A DNA stretch of 64,000 nt, taken from the NCBI RefSeq assembly GCF_001194135.2, contig NC_068994.1, positions 59,519,463 to 59,583,462 on the forward strand, read 5' to 3'. This DNA is from Octopus bimaculoides (lineage: Eukaryota). The position numbers and the translations under genes are program-made. The first letter of the stretch is position 1. Each line of letters starts with the position of its first letter. Shown piece by piece: positions 1-13,715 of this stretch. The notes beneath the pieces are model-generated. The model worked only from the letters and a program-made list of their open reading frames with translations, had not been told where the DNA came from and ran no database searches.

Positions 1-1439
1 TTCCAGTTTCGGACAGTAAAATTTTATATTTTTCATCTGGTATTGAATATACAAGACGGGAACAAGGAAGCTATTATTTGGTCGCTTGATCTGCTGGAAA
101 CAGCAGCTACATCTTTCTCCAGTCACACTTTCAGACCTTACAGTCTTTAAAAATAAATTGGTATAAGGTTTGAATAAAAGACGAAATGGTTATGGCTAGA
201 ATCCCTGTCTTTAAAGTTAGGTTTGCTCGAGCACAACTGAATTATGGCAGCAATTGGCATTGTAAAAGATTGAGCAGTTAAATTATCTTGGACTTGAGAA
301 TCGAAAGTGGCTCGTCGACACAATTCTTCGTTTTTTTTTTTGTTTTTTTCCCCCGTTATCTCCCGCCTCCCTCTCTCTCGTTTTCGTCAGCAACCAATAT
401 CTCAGTCCCTGGATTCTTTCCCTAGTCTCACCTGTTTACACAAAGGGAAACTACTCTGGTTCATTGTGATTGTCAAACTGAAATCTTAGGCCGCACAAAA
501 ACATTTACTAATGAAATTATTTTGCATCTTGCCCTTCCTCTCTTCATTAATAAACAAACGCTGTGGGCTCCCCGTTCATGGAACTCTTTATTCTTCACCG
601 TCGTTTTGGGCAAGTTTAAAACGAATTTTAAACTATTTTAATTTTATTAGACAATGCAATTGGTGTTGATGTAATTGTTATAGAGAGCCAACCTTACAAT
701 GAGGGACCCCTAAGGCTTCTGTGTTTTCACTTCTTTAGGGGTCAGAGCAATCTCACTTGTTTCACATTTTTTATATTTCTTTTTTTTTTTTACACAAATC
801 TTTCATCTTATAGTTTTTTCAGTCATTTGACTGTGGCCATACTGGGGCACCACCATGAAGAATTTTAGTGGAATAAATCGATCCCAGTACTTATTTTTTT
901 AAGTGTAATACTTATCTATCAGTCTCTTTTGCCAAACAGCTAAGTCACAGAGACCTAAACAGACCAACACTTAGTTGCCAAACGGTGGTAGGGGACAAAC
1001 ACAGATACAAAGACCTACATGAATGTGGTGCCATGTAAAAGGGAACTCAGCCCACTCTAGGGTGGGGGTGTAAGAAAAGGCATCCAATCGTAAAAACCAT
1101 GCCCAGACAGACAGACAGACAGTCTGGTGCAGTCTTCAGCCTGGTTAGCATCCAACCCATGCCAGCATGGAAGGAGGACCTTAAACGATGATGATATATG
1201 ATAGGCTTCTTTCAGTTTCAGTATGCCAAATCCACTCACAAGGCTCTGGCTGGCCTGAAGCTATTGTAGAAGATACTTAATCAAGGTGCCATGCAGTGGG
1301 ATTGAACCCAAATCCTGTGGTTGGGAAGCAAGCTTCTTACCACACAGCCACACTCACAGAAAAATAAAATAAAACTTTGAATACTGTTTGAACAAGTTTT
1401 TGACTCTGAAATCTGAGAGAATTTATTCACATAAAGGCC

Positions 1440-1790
1440 TTCCTTCAGTTTCTGATCATATTGAAAATGGGAAATTGCCAAAAGCTCTCAACTCTGGAAT
1501 ATTCACAGTCCTGCCTAAATACTGGGATTTATCCACAACCTGCAATTTCTGTCCATACGTGTAAATGTTCCACTTGGAGTATGCCTCTCTGGGTGCAGGT
1601 TGGTCCAAGATAGCTATTTCAGGTTGGTTTCTAGACACCAGTATGCTGCTTGCTGTTGAGAGTCCATAAGATGCTGCAGACTCACTCGAGGAGTCAGCAA
1701 CTAGATCACAATCATCCGTATACAGGCATTCTAATATTAGTGATAAGAATAGCTTTGTTTTCACAGCAAACCATCTTCTATTCAACAGTG
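1440..1790 (-). mobile_element. Degenerate RTE-type LINE reverse-transcriptase fragment
   Basis: LYTDDCDLVA...DQPAP...GQKLQVVDKSQYLG resembles RTE LFADDCALxA...QPAP...VVDKFTYLG. Confidence 0.75.
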
Positions 1791-2055
1791 GTAAGTTATC
1801 TGGGATGGATGATCTCTGAGCTGAGATTTTTGAAATGTGGGTTTAAAAACCTGCTTCAGTGTCTAAGTAAATTTATGTCAAAGCTTTGAATTGAAGAGAG
1901 TGTCCCAAATGGTTGTAAAGATGCACTGGTGATGGTTCCCTATAAAGGGAAGCATAGGAAGGATGAGTGGGAATCATCGAAGAATATCCCTCATCTTTTT
2001 GTTGTAGGCAAAAGGTGTTGTGTAGGATCATTCTTAATCACATTCTTATAGTAGA

Positions 2056-2106
<51 letters not shown>

Positions 2107-2635
2107 TCAAATATCCACTACAGTTATCACTTGTGAACCATAACTGTTGGTTCATACTGCATCTATATAAACCTGAAGATTGTGGAAAGCATGGAAGTAC
2201 TTATCTTGTCATGTAAGATTGGGAAAATACAAAAATGAAATGTAAAAGACAGACTATGATGGAATTTCATTGACTTATATATTTACCTGTACACAATCAC
2301 AAGAACTCTAAGATACACATGCTTTATTTTTCATACATAACATATATATTCTGACTGAAAGAAAAAAAAATGTTTTATTTCTATGAATGTGAATACCAGC
2401 TGGAGAAGACACAGCCTATAGTAAGATCAATGAAGCATGTCAAGCTAAACTGATATGCAGAGACAAGAGGTATCAGCTTTATCTGGTTGTCTCTATTTCA
2501 ATTCAGGTATAAGTTTGCACCTGGAAACCTGTATAAGACCACACAACCTGCTAGAAATATTAACTGAATTTCTCTCAAATTACATTGTAATATCTTAAAA
2601 GGAAAGCCATATTGAATAATAAAGTCAACTCTCTG

Positions 2636-2670
<35 letters not shown>

Positions 2671-3403
2671 AAAGAAAAGATGGGTTTGAATGTGATGATA
2701 GGTCTGCTCTATCAGGAGCCACCTGGAAATAAACAATTCCATTGACTCCCAGTACTTGACTCACATTTATTTTTATCAACCATGAAAGGTTGAAAACAAA
2801 AAATAACGTTGGTGGAATTAGGACTCAGAATGTAAAGAGCCAGGAGAAATGTCACAAAGCATTTCTGCTCAGTTCGGATTCTGTCAGCTCATCGTGTTAA
2901 TAATAATAATAATAATAATCTTGGGTTCAAATTTTGGCACAATGCCAGCAATTTTGAGGGAGAGGATAATTACATTGATCCCAGTGTTCAGCTGGTACCT
3001 ATTTTATCAACTCCCCCCAAAAGGATGAGAAGTTGGTTTTGTTTAGTTCAAAGTCAAACATAATCAAACAGGCATGTGATGATGGACATTGCCTGTTATC
3101 TCTAGCAAAGTTGGTGCTTACAGGTGTTCAGAAAAATCTGTGTTTTTCTCAACTCTTAGTTGTAAGCTGTTGAAAAATTCATCTTTGGATAAAATTAATT
3201 TTACATTGTTTGGGCTTTGGGGAGGTTATTAAATCATAATGATAGAACCTAATTAAACAATAAAAAAGCAGCCTAATTAATCTCACAGTTAATTAAAAAA
3301 TAAGAGGATGATGATGATCATCGTTTAACACAGTGGTTCCCAACCTGTGGTCTGGACCCCTGGTGGTCTGCATTGAACTTGTGTGTTTTTTTTTCTTTTT
3401 CAG

Positions 3404-3525
3404 GTGATTGGTTTGGGGAAGAGCTTGGATGAGATCCTCCTGGAAGCTGGCAGGAAGTTGGGCGTAACAGCCCGATCACTCTATACACCACAAGGAGGCC
3501 TCATTGATGACATAAAGTTAATCAG
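3404..3525 (+). CDS. KCTD9: KCTD9 coding exon 2 (KHA domain; VIGLGKSLDEILLEAGRKLGVTARSLYTPQGGLIDDIKLIR)
   Basis: ttcag| acceptor and |gtcag donor; 122 nt, phase 0 to 2; GGLIDDIxLIR matches the recalled KCTD9 N-terminus. Confidence 0.93.
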
Positions 3526-4768
3526 GTCAGATATTGATCTTAATATGTATGTATGTGAGTGTGCTTGGGTTTGCATAACTTTGTGTGTACACGTACACAC
3601 ACACACACACACACAGGTGCTGGCATGGCTGTGGGGTTAAGAAGTTCACTTCCAAATGGTGTTAGGTTTAGACCCACTGCTTGGCACCGTGGGCAGCTGT
3701 TTTCTTCTATAGGTTTATCATAGCTTTGTGAGAGGATTTGGCCGACAGAAGCTGAAAAATGTGTGTGTGTGTGTGTGTCTTCATCTTGACATTAAGTAAA
3801 CGAATGTCACCCTCATACAAGTGGCATTGTTAATTCCCAGTCTTCCATGAAAATATGTCTGGCCTTTGGGAAGTATTACCATTACTTGGAAACAGGTGAG
3901 GGTGGGCAACAGGAAGGGCATCCAGCCATAGAAAATCTGCCTCATCAAATTCTGTCTGACTCATGCCAGCATGGAAAATTGGATGTTAAATGATGATGAC
4001 GAAGATATAGGCAGGAAGCAAGAAGCCTAGTCACAGTGTTGGCTTTGTATTAAGAATTTTACTTAGTAAGCACACAGGTTCATTCCCACTGCATGACACC
4101 TTTGGGTGGGTGGGGGTACTGTCTTCTACTTTAGCCCTAGGCCAACCAAAGCCTTTTCAGTGGATTTAGTAAGAACTTAAGAATGCTGGTGTGTGTGTGT
4201 GTGTAGAAATATATACATGTATCATCATTATCATCATCATCATCTTCATTTAATATCTATCTTTCATGTTGGCATGGGTTGGACAGTTTGACTGGAACTG
4301 GCAAGTGAGAGAGCTGCACCAGGATCTAGTCTGACTTTGGTTTGGTTTCTATGGGCTGGATGCTCTTCCTAACATGCCAACCACTCCGAGAGTGTGGACT
4401 GGGTCCTTATAACATGTCACCGGCATGGATACTTTTGCATGTCACTGGTGTGGTTGCTGTTATGTATCACCAGTGTCACCGGATGCAACCACGATTTCAC
4501 TTGATGAACAAATTGCCAATGGTCACAATCACCTGTCATTGCCTCAGTGAGATGCCACGTTCAGAGATCATGCTTCACCACCTCAACCTATGTCTTCCTC
4601 GGTCTACCACTTCCACAGGTTCCCTCCTCAGTTAGAGAGCGGCACTTCTTCACGCAGCTGTGCTCATCCATATGCATCACATGACCATACTAACATAGTC
4701 TAAATAAATGCACACACACACACATCTCTATATTCTTTCTTTAACCTTCCCTTTTTAATTCTTTATAG

Positions 4769-4812
4769 AGATGATGATGTTCTTTACGTGTCTGATGGTG
4801 AACCATTTAAGC
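4769..4812 (+). CDS. KCTD9: KCTD9 exon 3 (DDDVLYVSDGEPFK)
   Basis: tttatag| and |gtgagt; 44 nt, phase 2 to 1; matches KCTD9 RDDDVLFVCEGEPF. Confidence 0.93.
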
Positions 4813-5610
4813 GTGAGTAATTTCCTTTCCATTTTCCTCTTCTGTAACCAAAGACGCAACTTCAATCCTGTCTCTGTTGATAGTGGCTGAGACAATTCTT
4901 TGTTTCTCCGTAACAAACAATTTGTTCTATTTTCCCACCTGGCTAATAGATGAAGGATAAGTAATAATTGCAATTATAGAATACCGTCCGTTACTGCTCC
5001 ACCAAGCCCTCTGTGGCCCTGTAAATAAATGTCACGAAGAGTTATCGTTGAAGTAGGAAGTTGGAGGATTGTTGAATGTTAAACTTGTCTTTATTAGGTT
5101 TTTGTAATGAGTTTGGCCTTCTTCATTGATTCAACTTGGAGAGGCTGGGGAATTTTATTGTCTGCCAGGCTGTCATATTCTACATAAGCACATCATTGAA
5201 CTACTTCAACACAATCATATGCAATGGTGTCTTGACAATAAAATATTCTTTATAACCTCTAAAACAACAAGAACATAAGACAAAACTTTTATATCAACCA
5301 AAATTGACCTACATATGACAGCGAAATGTCATTGAAGTTAGTGAACAGCTACAATAACATGATCTTGTTTCTTAACGAGTGTAATTAGCACACTAGCTTA
5401 ACTTAGCGATCATACTACATGAGATAATCAGGGACATCTTAACCCTAATATAGGCCCCTGGGCAAATCATTACACTGAGTCAGAGATCAGAATTGGACTT
5501 CTCGACCTGTGAGGCCCTTGGGCAACTACACAGTGTGCTCATGCTTTGAGATGGTACTGGAAATAACTGTTTAATTGTCCATAATATTTTTTCCTTGTCC
5601 ACCTTTGCAG

Positions 5611-5761
5611 CTTATCTCAGTACCCGTACAACACATCATGCCAACGTCTCAGTTGCACCGACTGTGGCTGCTAAAGAGAAACAACGAACAAAGTTGGTGC
5701 CTGCTGACCGAAACGAATGGCTCTCATTGAACATTGGTGGCAAGTTGTTCTCTACAACACG
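5611..5761 (+). CDS. KCTD9: KCTD9 exon 4 (linker plus start of BTB: EWLSLNIGGKLFSTTR)
   Basis: tttgcag| and |gtaaga; 151 nt, open frame, phase 1 to 2; BTB/T1-type motif LNIGG.F.TTR. Confidence 0.92.
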
Positions 5762-6958
5762 GTAAGAGGAAGCAAACTATCAAAGTCTGTTGAATGATTC
5801 TGAGTAGAAGAGATTTCAAGTGAAACTTGTACGCAAAGGTTGATGTAGCAGCAATAGAAGAGAGGGAGAGAGTGCAAGAGAGAGAGAGAGAGAGAGACAC
5901 CCTCCGACCCACACTCACAGAGTGAGATTAGGGTTGTGGTATTTTGGTGAGCCTTTGTCATTTGATTGGATGGCTTCTTTTTGAATGTGATTGAGGATAT
6001 TTGTGCTTCTGTCAGCAGAACTGACTCTGATGTGGAAGCAGGGCTCCATTGTGTATTATATTAAGAGACTCAGCATTTGATAAAAGCTGTAATTTTATGA
6101 ACACCAAGAGAAAGGGATGTTTTAGCCATGTTATCTATACAGGATCACCACCAGGTATTGGTGCTCACTAACCAGTTGTTACTTATGAATATTTATTTTT
6201 TTTAATGACCTCACCAGTCTCACTGATCCTCTTTTACAGGGTCTGTAAGACTGGTGAGAGAAAGGGAGAAAGATATTGATATTCTTGGATTAGAGACTTC
6301 TTCACAACATAATGGACTCTGCTACAAATTCCCAACGTCCAGATAGTAGTATTAGACCTGATGACCAGCTAAGAATAGGTAGGGTTCATTTGATGGATTT
6401 ATGCCCTGTTCCCTATGCAATTGTACTCAAAATCCTCTTGTTGACCTGAGGTTAAAAAATAGTTGCCAACTGTGGGAGGAGATTGAACCTGGATTTACTT
6501 CCCTCATTACAAAAGTGAACCACATCAGCACACATCATGCTTCACCACCTCGACCCATGTCTTCCTGGGTCTATTTGAGTTTATCGGAAAAAACTGCTAA
6601 ATCATGATTACAAGATTTTATTGAAGCAGCCCACACCACCTCCTCCTCCTCCTCCTGTTGCATTCCTTACCTCAGGAATCTGGTGTTGGTTTCTTTTTGG
6701 CCACATTCTTTTATTACGATTAGTTACCACAAATATTCAGCCATCCACTCTGGGTCTATTCTAATTATTAATTGCAATTAGGATATTTCGATTATTAATT
6801 GTAATTATAATATTCGTGTTACTATCTGATCCCCCCCCACTCCCTATGTCTTTACATAAAGCTTCACTTCACTTCTATTGTGTTTCTCAAATTAGGTCAA
6901 TCAAATAAGCCAAGTAGAGCAACCTAGGTGTTACCAGCAAAATGTCTTAATAATAATA

Positions 6959-6989
<31 letters not shown>

Positions 6990-7294
6990 TGGTTTCAGAT
7001 TTTGCCACAAGGACAGCAATTTTGGGGGAAGGAGTAAGTCGGTTACATCGATCCCAGTGCTTTACTGGTACTTAATTTATCAACCCCGAGAGGGTGAAAG
7101 GCAAAGTTGACCTCGGTGGAATAATAATGATAATAATACAAAGAGAGTTGCGGTTGGTTATGAAAACAGACATGATTAGAGTTTAGTATCATTTGTGGGT
7201 GAGTTGCTTGTGTGACACAAGTTGCTGTAATCATGGTTTTAGATTTAAAGTCATGAACTGAATATCTATTACTCACTAATTGTAGCAGTAGTAA

Positions 7295-7333
<39 letters not shown>

Positions 7334-8023
7334 TAGTGTATGTTGAAAATGGTAAGTGCAACACAGAGAAGGGAGAAGAATTAAGCTGTTGATTGGACAC
7401 AACAACAACAACAACAAGAACCACAACAAGTATCACCATCATCATTGCCATCACCTTTCTTTTATGTCCACTTTCGGTGCTGGCACTGGTCGGCACTGGT
7501 CAGATGAGTTGTAACAATCTGAACACTAATCAGGGGACCATATCCTGGTCATAGCATTTTATTTTGGCATGGTGTCTATGACTGGATGCCCTTCCTAGCA
7601 CCAACCACAAAGGATGCTGGGTACTGATTATCACAGCACCAACACTAAGGGGTGTGTCATGTCCTTGACAAGTTAAGATACTGAAGGGTCCTCTTGACTC
7701 TCTCTCCCTTCTCTGTTTGTTGTTCCCCAATCGTACTGGATGCGGTTTATCATTACAACAGCATTAATGAGGTGTAATGAAGGAAGGGACAGGGACAAGT
7801 TTGTTGTTGTGGGGGCAATATGTGGTTACCCCACATTATATAAGGGTGGGTGGAAGTAAATGGGGTGGAACTGGAAAAAGATAAAGAGGGTGCTGATGAG
7901 GTGTTGTCAGGATGAAAAGAAAAGAATGTGGGGACAGAAGAACAGGAAGTGAGGAGGTTAGGTGGAGAGAGTACAGGGGGGAGAGGTGAATGCATGTGGA
8001 AATAGGAATGGGGGGGGTGAATG

Positions 8024-8098
<75 letters not shown>

Positions 8099-8540
8099 AT
8101 GCAAGTCAGTGTATTTGCCTTAAAAGTATTTACATTGATGAAGGGAGGCAATTCTGTCAAACCGAAGCTGATTCTTTGTACGTCGCAGTGTCGTGGGACC
8201 GACGACAAGGAATGGAGTAAAATCGTTGGCAGTGGTTAATGTTTTAGCAGGAAATTAATAAAAGACTGACCAACAACAAACATTTGTCCTGGATGTGTGG
8301 AGTCTACAGATATTTAGTGTACTCTTACTGTGAATCAAATGTAACAAGAGTGTTACAACTTTATCTGTTGTCCTTTTTTGGGGTTCATTAAAATAGGTAC
8401 CAGCTGAACACCGGGGTCAATGTAATCGACTTACCCCCTTGAAGTTGCTGGCCTTGTGCCAAAATTTGAAATCAATATCTGTTGTTATCTTATCTCTTAC
8501 ATATTGAAATGTTTTTTATTTTTTATGTTTTAATATGAAG

Positions 8541-8602
8541 GAGTACATTGACTCGCCAAGAACCTGCCAGTATGTTAGCTCGAATGTTCTCTGACCAATC
8601 AG
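8541..8602 (+). CDS. KCTD9: KCTD9 exon 5 (STLTRQEPASMLARMFSDQS)
   Basis: tgaag| and |gtattc; 62 nt, phase 2 to 1; BTB motif STL...EP.SMLA.MF. Confidence 0.92.
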
Positions 8603-9127
8603 GTATTCACTGTTTACTGTCCATTGTTCTCTGCATTTCGTTTCTGTATGCTTTTCTTGTTCCTCATGTGAATATGATCTGGACATTAATTATATTAATT
8701 ACATTAATTACATATGTGCTGTTGTATTTCTGATGTGACACTCACTTTGAATATTGGAATATGGGCCGTGAATGCACTTCACTTTAATTTAATTCATCAT
8801 TAGTATACACTAATTAATGATTTGTTACTAGTATACCCATGTCAGCAAAAATGTTGACAGTCTTATTAATGATAGCAAAATGGCACATGAACACAATGAG
8901 GTATCTAGTAAATATATAAGTCAGCAACCTAGTAAATATATGTATATACCCTGAACTGAAGCACTTGAAGAATCAGCCAAAAGTTTTTTTTACTCCCTCT
9001 CTGTTTATTTCCTTGTGTTTTTTTCTGTTGCTCATAATGTCTGTCATAAGTTAGAATCTAATTCCTAATTTGCATGAATTTGTTGTCAAACCATTATTGA
9101 CTCCAATGGTTTCACTTTATTTGGCAG

Positions 9128-9259
9128 AAGTTCCATGGAATAGCTCTGTTGATGCAAATGGGGCTTACCTCATTGACCGTAGTCCCACCTATTTTGAACC
9201 GATTCTCAACTATTTACGCCACGGACAACTCATATTGGATAAAAATGTCAATCCTGAAG
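9128..9259 (+). CDS. KCTD9: KCTD9 exon 6 ([25 protein letters not shown])
   Basis: ggcag| and |gtaaac; 132 nt, phase 1 to 1; hallmark KCTD BTB motif [17 protein letters not shown]. Confidence 0.96.
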
Positions 9260-9477
9260 GTAAACCGTTTGTGAAATGACTTTTTTTCTTTTTTCAGTAT
9301 TGTTTTGTCAATCTGTCAATTGTTTGTAGTTATGGTTACGTGAGGGAAGAACTTCACTCCTTTGCTTTTGGATTCAATCAAATGCTAGAGAGCACAAGTT
9401 CTTGATTGATTAAAATCATCCTAGTTAAATGACAATTATTATTGTTATTATTGTTATTATTATTATTATTATTACAG

Positions 9478-9545
9478 GTGTATTAGAAGAAGCTCGATTT
9501 TTTGGTCTGGATTATCTGGTTGGATTATTGGAAGAAATTATCGAG
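9478..9545 (+). CDS. KCTD9: KCTD9 exon 7 (GVLEEARFFGLDYLVGLLEEIIE)
   Basis: ttacag| and |gtaagg; 68 nt, phase 1 to 0; BTB end motif VLEEARFFG. Confidence 0.95.
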
Positions 9546-10863
9546 GTAAGGCTTTATATCTTTAATCTTCACAGTCCAGATTGGTGTAAGGCCAGTGGGT
9601 GTGACTTCAACCTCAAACCTGCTTCTGTGAGAAATACAAAATGGAACCCATTTGAGTGAGAGAATGAACAACACCAATATCAAAGTAGCATTACCAGACA
9701 TGTTCTCAGAGAATATTGGAAAGAACGACTCAGCTTGGATGACAGGGAAACTCATTTACAACTGTCATGTGATATCAAGATGCACACATGCACACGTACA
9801 CACACACGCACACACACATGCATGCACACACACATACACGCACGCACATATAGGATGGCTTTCTTTCAGTTGGTGTTTAGCAAATCCTTTCACAAAGCCT
9901 TAGTTAGTCTGAGAGACTATTGTAGAAAACACCCAAGGTAGCACACAGTGGAACTGAACTTAAAACCATGTGATTGGGAAACAAACTTCTTAACCACATG
10001 GCTATGCCTGTGCCTATGAACTGGATAAACTGGGATTATATGTTTAAAGTTAAGCCCCCTCGACCTATCACAGAATGGCCATACTTCCAAAATGGCTGGG
10101 AAACTAGAAACCTGTTCTGCTAATTAACCGATGCCGGAATCACTGGTCACACATTCTCTAATCACTGTAATTACTCTAATGAGTAGAGGAAATTTCACTG
10201 TAAACATTTTTGCTGTAAGAAAATTCCCCTTTTGCACATAAGGCAGAAACATAAGCACACTGGGCGAAATGCTTAGCGGTATTTTGTCTGTCTTTATGTT
10301 CTGAGTTCAAATTCCGCTGAGGTCAACTTTGCCTTTCATCCTTTCGGGGGTTGATAAATTAAGTACCAGTTGTGTACTAGGGTCAAACTAATCATCTGCT
10401 CCCCCCCCCCCCCAAAAAAAAACTTTGGGCCTTGTGCCTACGGTAGAAAAGATTGTTAAAGGCAGGAGGCCAAAGAAGAACCAAACACACCCCTGGAATC
10501 CCAACTGGAAGAAGTGGGTATATCACTCTTGAAGAATATAAATTTCTTGAAACGGATGAGCAGTGTTTATAATACGATAGAAGTGAAGATGATGCTGTTT
10601 GGAACACAAGTGGGGTTCCAAATATAATGATAAGCTTTATCACTGTTCATACAACAAATTTGTGTTATGATGAATTTTCCAGCCATGTTGTTTTGATCAT
10701 CTGTCGATGTATTTTGGTTGAGTGGTTAGATTCATTTTGTGATGATACTGTTCCAGGGTTTCAGTCCTGCTTGAGGATGAAATTGTGTAAATGGAAATTG
10801 GGATCCTTTTAAACTGTTCCAAAGTCTTGCATCTCTGTTCAAAATTGCTTGTTGTTGTTGTAG

Positions 10864-10959
10864 CGTGAAGCCCCTGCTGATGATTCAACCCCAATCAATC
10901 GACGTGAGTTTGTATTAAGGTTAATGTCTACGTCAGCAAGGTCTGAACTACGATGCCAG
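10864..10959 (+). CDS. KCTD9: KCTD9 exon 8 (REAPADDSTPINRREFVLRLMSTSARSELRCQ)
   Basis: gttgtag| and |gtgagt; 96 nt, phase 0 to 0; matches KCTD9 PISRKEFV...SELRCQ. Confidence 0.94.
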
Positions 10960-11894
10960 GTGAGTAAACGCGTTTGTTGTTTAGCCCCAGGTCAGCCAGC
11001 ATTGAGTAGATCTCTATAATCAATGCCATCCCAGCCATGACCACTTCAGCTTATTTTATTTTTCAGACACAGCATAGCTGAGACCCCATTATTCAAGGTG
11101 TTCCTTTATTTTTAAGACAGTAGGGTATGATTTAAGCTGATATTTTTAGCAGGTTGAGCGACATGTAGAGGGTTCATTGTGTGGTTTTTATATTTTTGCT
11201 TCCATAATGTCGATTGTTTATCTTTCCTATTTCATGATTTCATGCTTGCATGGTGATTTCACTTGGCTTTCGCTGTCTTTCTTCTTTCCCCGATGCAAAC
11301 TACTGTCATGGTCCCTGTTTCTCACACCTCACTCGTTTCATACATTCACCTCTCAAGCACCTCTCACCTGCTTGTCTCTCCACCTCTCATCAATCTTGGG
11401 GTGTAATACAACCTCCTTCTTTCCCCCCTCCTCCTGAAGCTAATTACTTTGCCCAATCCATCCTCCCCACTGCAGGATGGATTTTTCCTGCTCCTGTCTT
11501 TCCTGGAGGTGTTTACCGAAACAGAACACAAACGGCATCGACCTCAACCAGTCTTGGAGTCTACAAAGGTCATGGGCTCTGACCCTTCCTCCACACTCAG
11601 CAAATAAAGAAGGAAAAAGGGACAGTTTTGTAAATCATTTCTACATTTTCACGAGATTTTAGAAAACATTCTGTTTTATTATTTCCATTAAATTGTATTC
11701 AATTCTTTATCACCACACACACACACACACACACACATGCACACACATGCACACACACATACACACATACTTGCTTATAGACACACACATATACACATAG
11801 ACGAACTTATAATGTTGAAAAGTAGATAAGGCTTAATGGCTGTGAAATGGATGTACTTGATGCTTGCTCTTTTGTGTGTGAGTTCCATCCTTAG

Positions 11895-11957
11895 TGGCCA
11901 AGGCATTGTGTTGGCCAAGGCATTGTGTTGGCCAAGGCATTGTGTTGGCCAAGGCAT
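11895..11957 (+). repeat. 17-bp tandem repeat (tggccaaggcattgtgt) x3.7
   Basis: Direct inspection. Confidence 0.92.
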
Positions 11958-12599
11958 ATAAACCCTTCTCTCTTTGCCTGGCTAACAACACCAGACTTTA
12001 CTTCACGTCTGATTGGTTACCACAAGAAATGGAATCCAGGAACTGAAGTGTTTTGATTTGTTAAAAATCCTCACATTTCTACAAGTAGAGAAAAACCAAT
12101 GCAAAAGTGGCAAATCTCATGTTGGGATGTTGCTGTGCGTCCCACGCAGCTGAGATTTTCAAGTCGTTGGTGTTTGGTTGGAAGAGCAGCACTTGTGCCT
12201 TTTTTTAAAATTTTTTTAGATAAAATTTCAAGACCAATTTTGAGATAAAATTGTTTTGATTCAGCAGAAGCAGGATCCACTCCATTGTCTGCATGGACTG
12301 GCAGACAGTCATCTGTATTGAGTAGTTCTTTTACAAAGATATGGTGGACTCTGGTCTTGCTCTAAAATGGTTGGCATTAAAGAGATATTCAGTTTGGCAG
12401 GACTGTATGATAATAATAGTAATAATAATAACGATGTTGATGAAATTATTGTGTATAGTGCTCAGGTATGTCTGGAATTGTTGCTGTCCTTGCAGTGTGT
12501 GGAGGCTGACCATGATTGGGGCTGAGGTTTCATCAGGACCACCATATTGGCTCAATAAGTTGTCAATACATGAAGAAAGCAATCGTCAATGGTAATAAT

Positions 12600-12860
12600 C
12601 TGAAAACTGTCCAAGACTTTCGCTTATTGAAAGACGGTCATCTTGATCTTGAGCTGTCAAAGACAAAAACAGTATTTGGTTGATTCTATCTGCAACTATG
12701 GAACGGTTATCAGGTTTCCACTAGAATCCAGCACAACATTTGCAGTGCAGTTGTCTATTCTTTGGTGTTGAAACCTGGACATTTTGTAGGATTCCAGTGA
12801 TGAGATTCCATGTCTGCATCATAAAACACCTGCAAGCATTCAGGTTATCAAGAATGGATG
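12600..12860 (+). mobile_element. Degenerate RTE LINE fragment (post-RT region)
   Basis: Frameshifted remnants of the AVVxSILLxGxETWT...FH motif. Confidence 0.5.
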
Positions 12861-13129
12861 AATTGCTGGGAAACTCGAGAAACTGACCCCTTTTCAACCC
12901 TGTTTCGGTTCTTATTTTCTCTCTTTATTTCTCATCTCTTTTCTTTTTTCTTTCTTTCTTCCTCTCTTCATTTTCTTCTTAATTTCTCCCCCCTCCCACC
13001 ACTCTTTATCTTTGTAATCTGTCTTATCTGTTTTCTCTTGGTATCTTTAAGGTCTCACCTCTGTTGGCTTCACATCTCAAACCATGTTCTTGCACAACAA
13101 TTAATGGATTCCATTCTCTATTATGAAAC

Positions 13130-13715
13130 TCATCTTACTAATCCAACATCTTTCGCACTAAACAGATCTTAATAATAACTAATTACTAACTAAACATGTC
13201 TTAACTAACCTATTATTAATTAACATGTCTTAACCTGACACATAACTTAACCTGTTATTAATTAGACACTGTGCAGAAGCAAATATTACACAGCAAGTTA
13301 GTGTTATACTAATAATTAAAATGACTATTGTTATTTTGAGATGTTACCATGCATGTTATTAACTAAACTCATTAACATATTACATAGTAAACACGTTACT
13401 TAACAACTCTCTAATTAACTAAACCCTTATCTAACATATTACTACTTAAACATGTTGTTTGTGAAATATATTACACTAAACATGTAGTACTTACCAAGCA
13501 CTTGTCTTACTAATCTAATATATTACTAACTAAATACATATTACTTACCTAACTTTACTAAACAAGCTGATTAGTAATGCTACTAGCTAAACACATTATT
13601 TACCTACCTAACACTATTAATTAAACATGTCTTACTTTCCTAGAAGATCACTAACTAAACACATTACTTAACCTAACATGTTACAAGCTAAACATGTTCA
13701 GTAACACTGCATTTC
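13130..13715 (+). repeat. Degenerate AT-rich minisatellite (~35-40 bp, ctaactaaacatgtcttacttaacct-like)
   Basis: Recurrent actaaacatg, ttacttaacct and tactaac motifs over ~580 bp. Confidence 0.75.

Noticed and set aside
2430-2453. ATG-KHVKLN* as KCTD9 exon 1
   Set aside because: Stops after 7 codons and has no donor site
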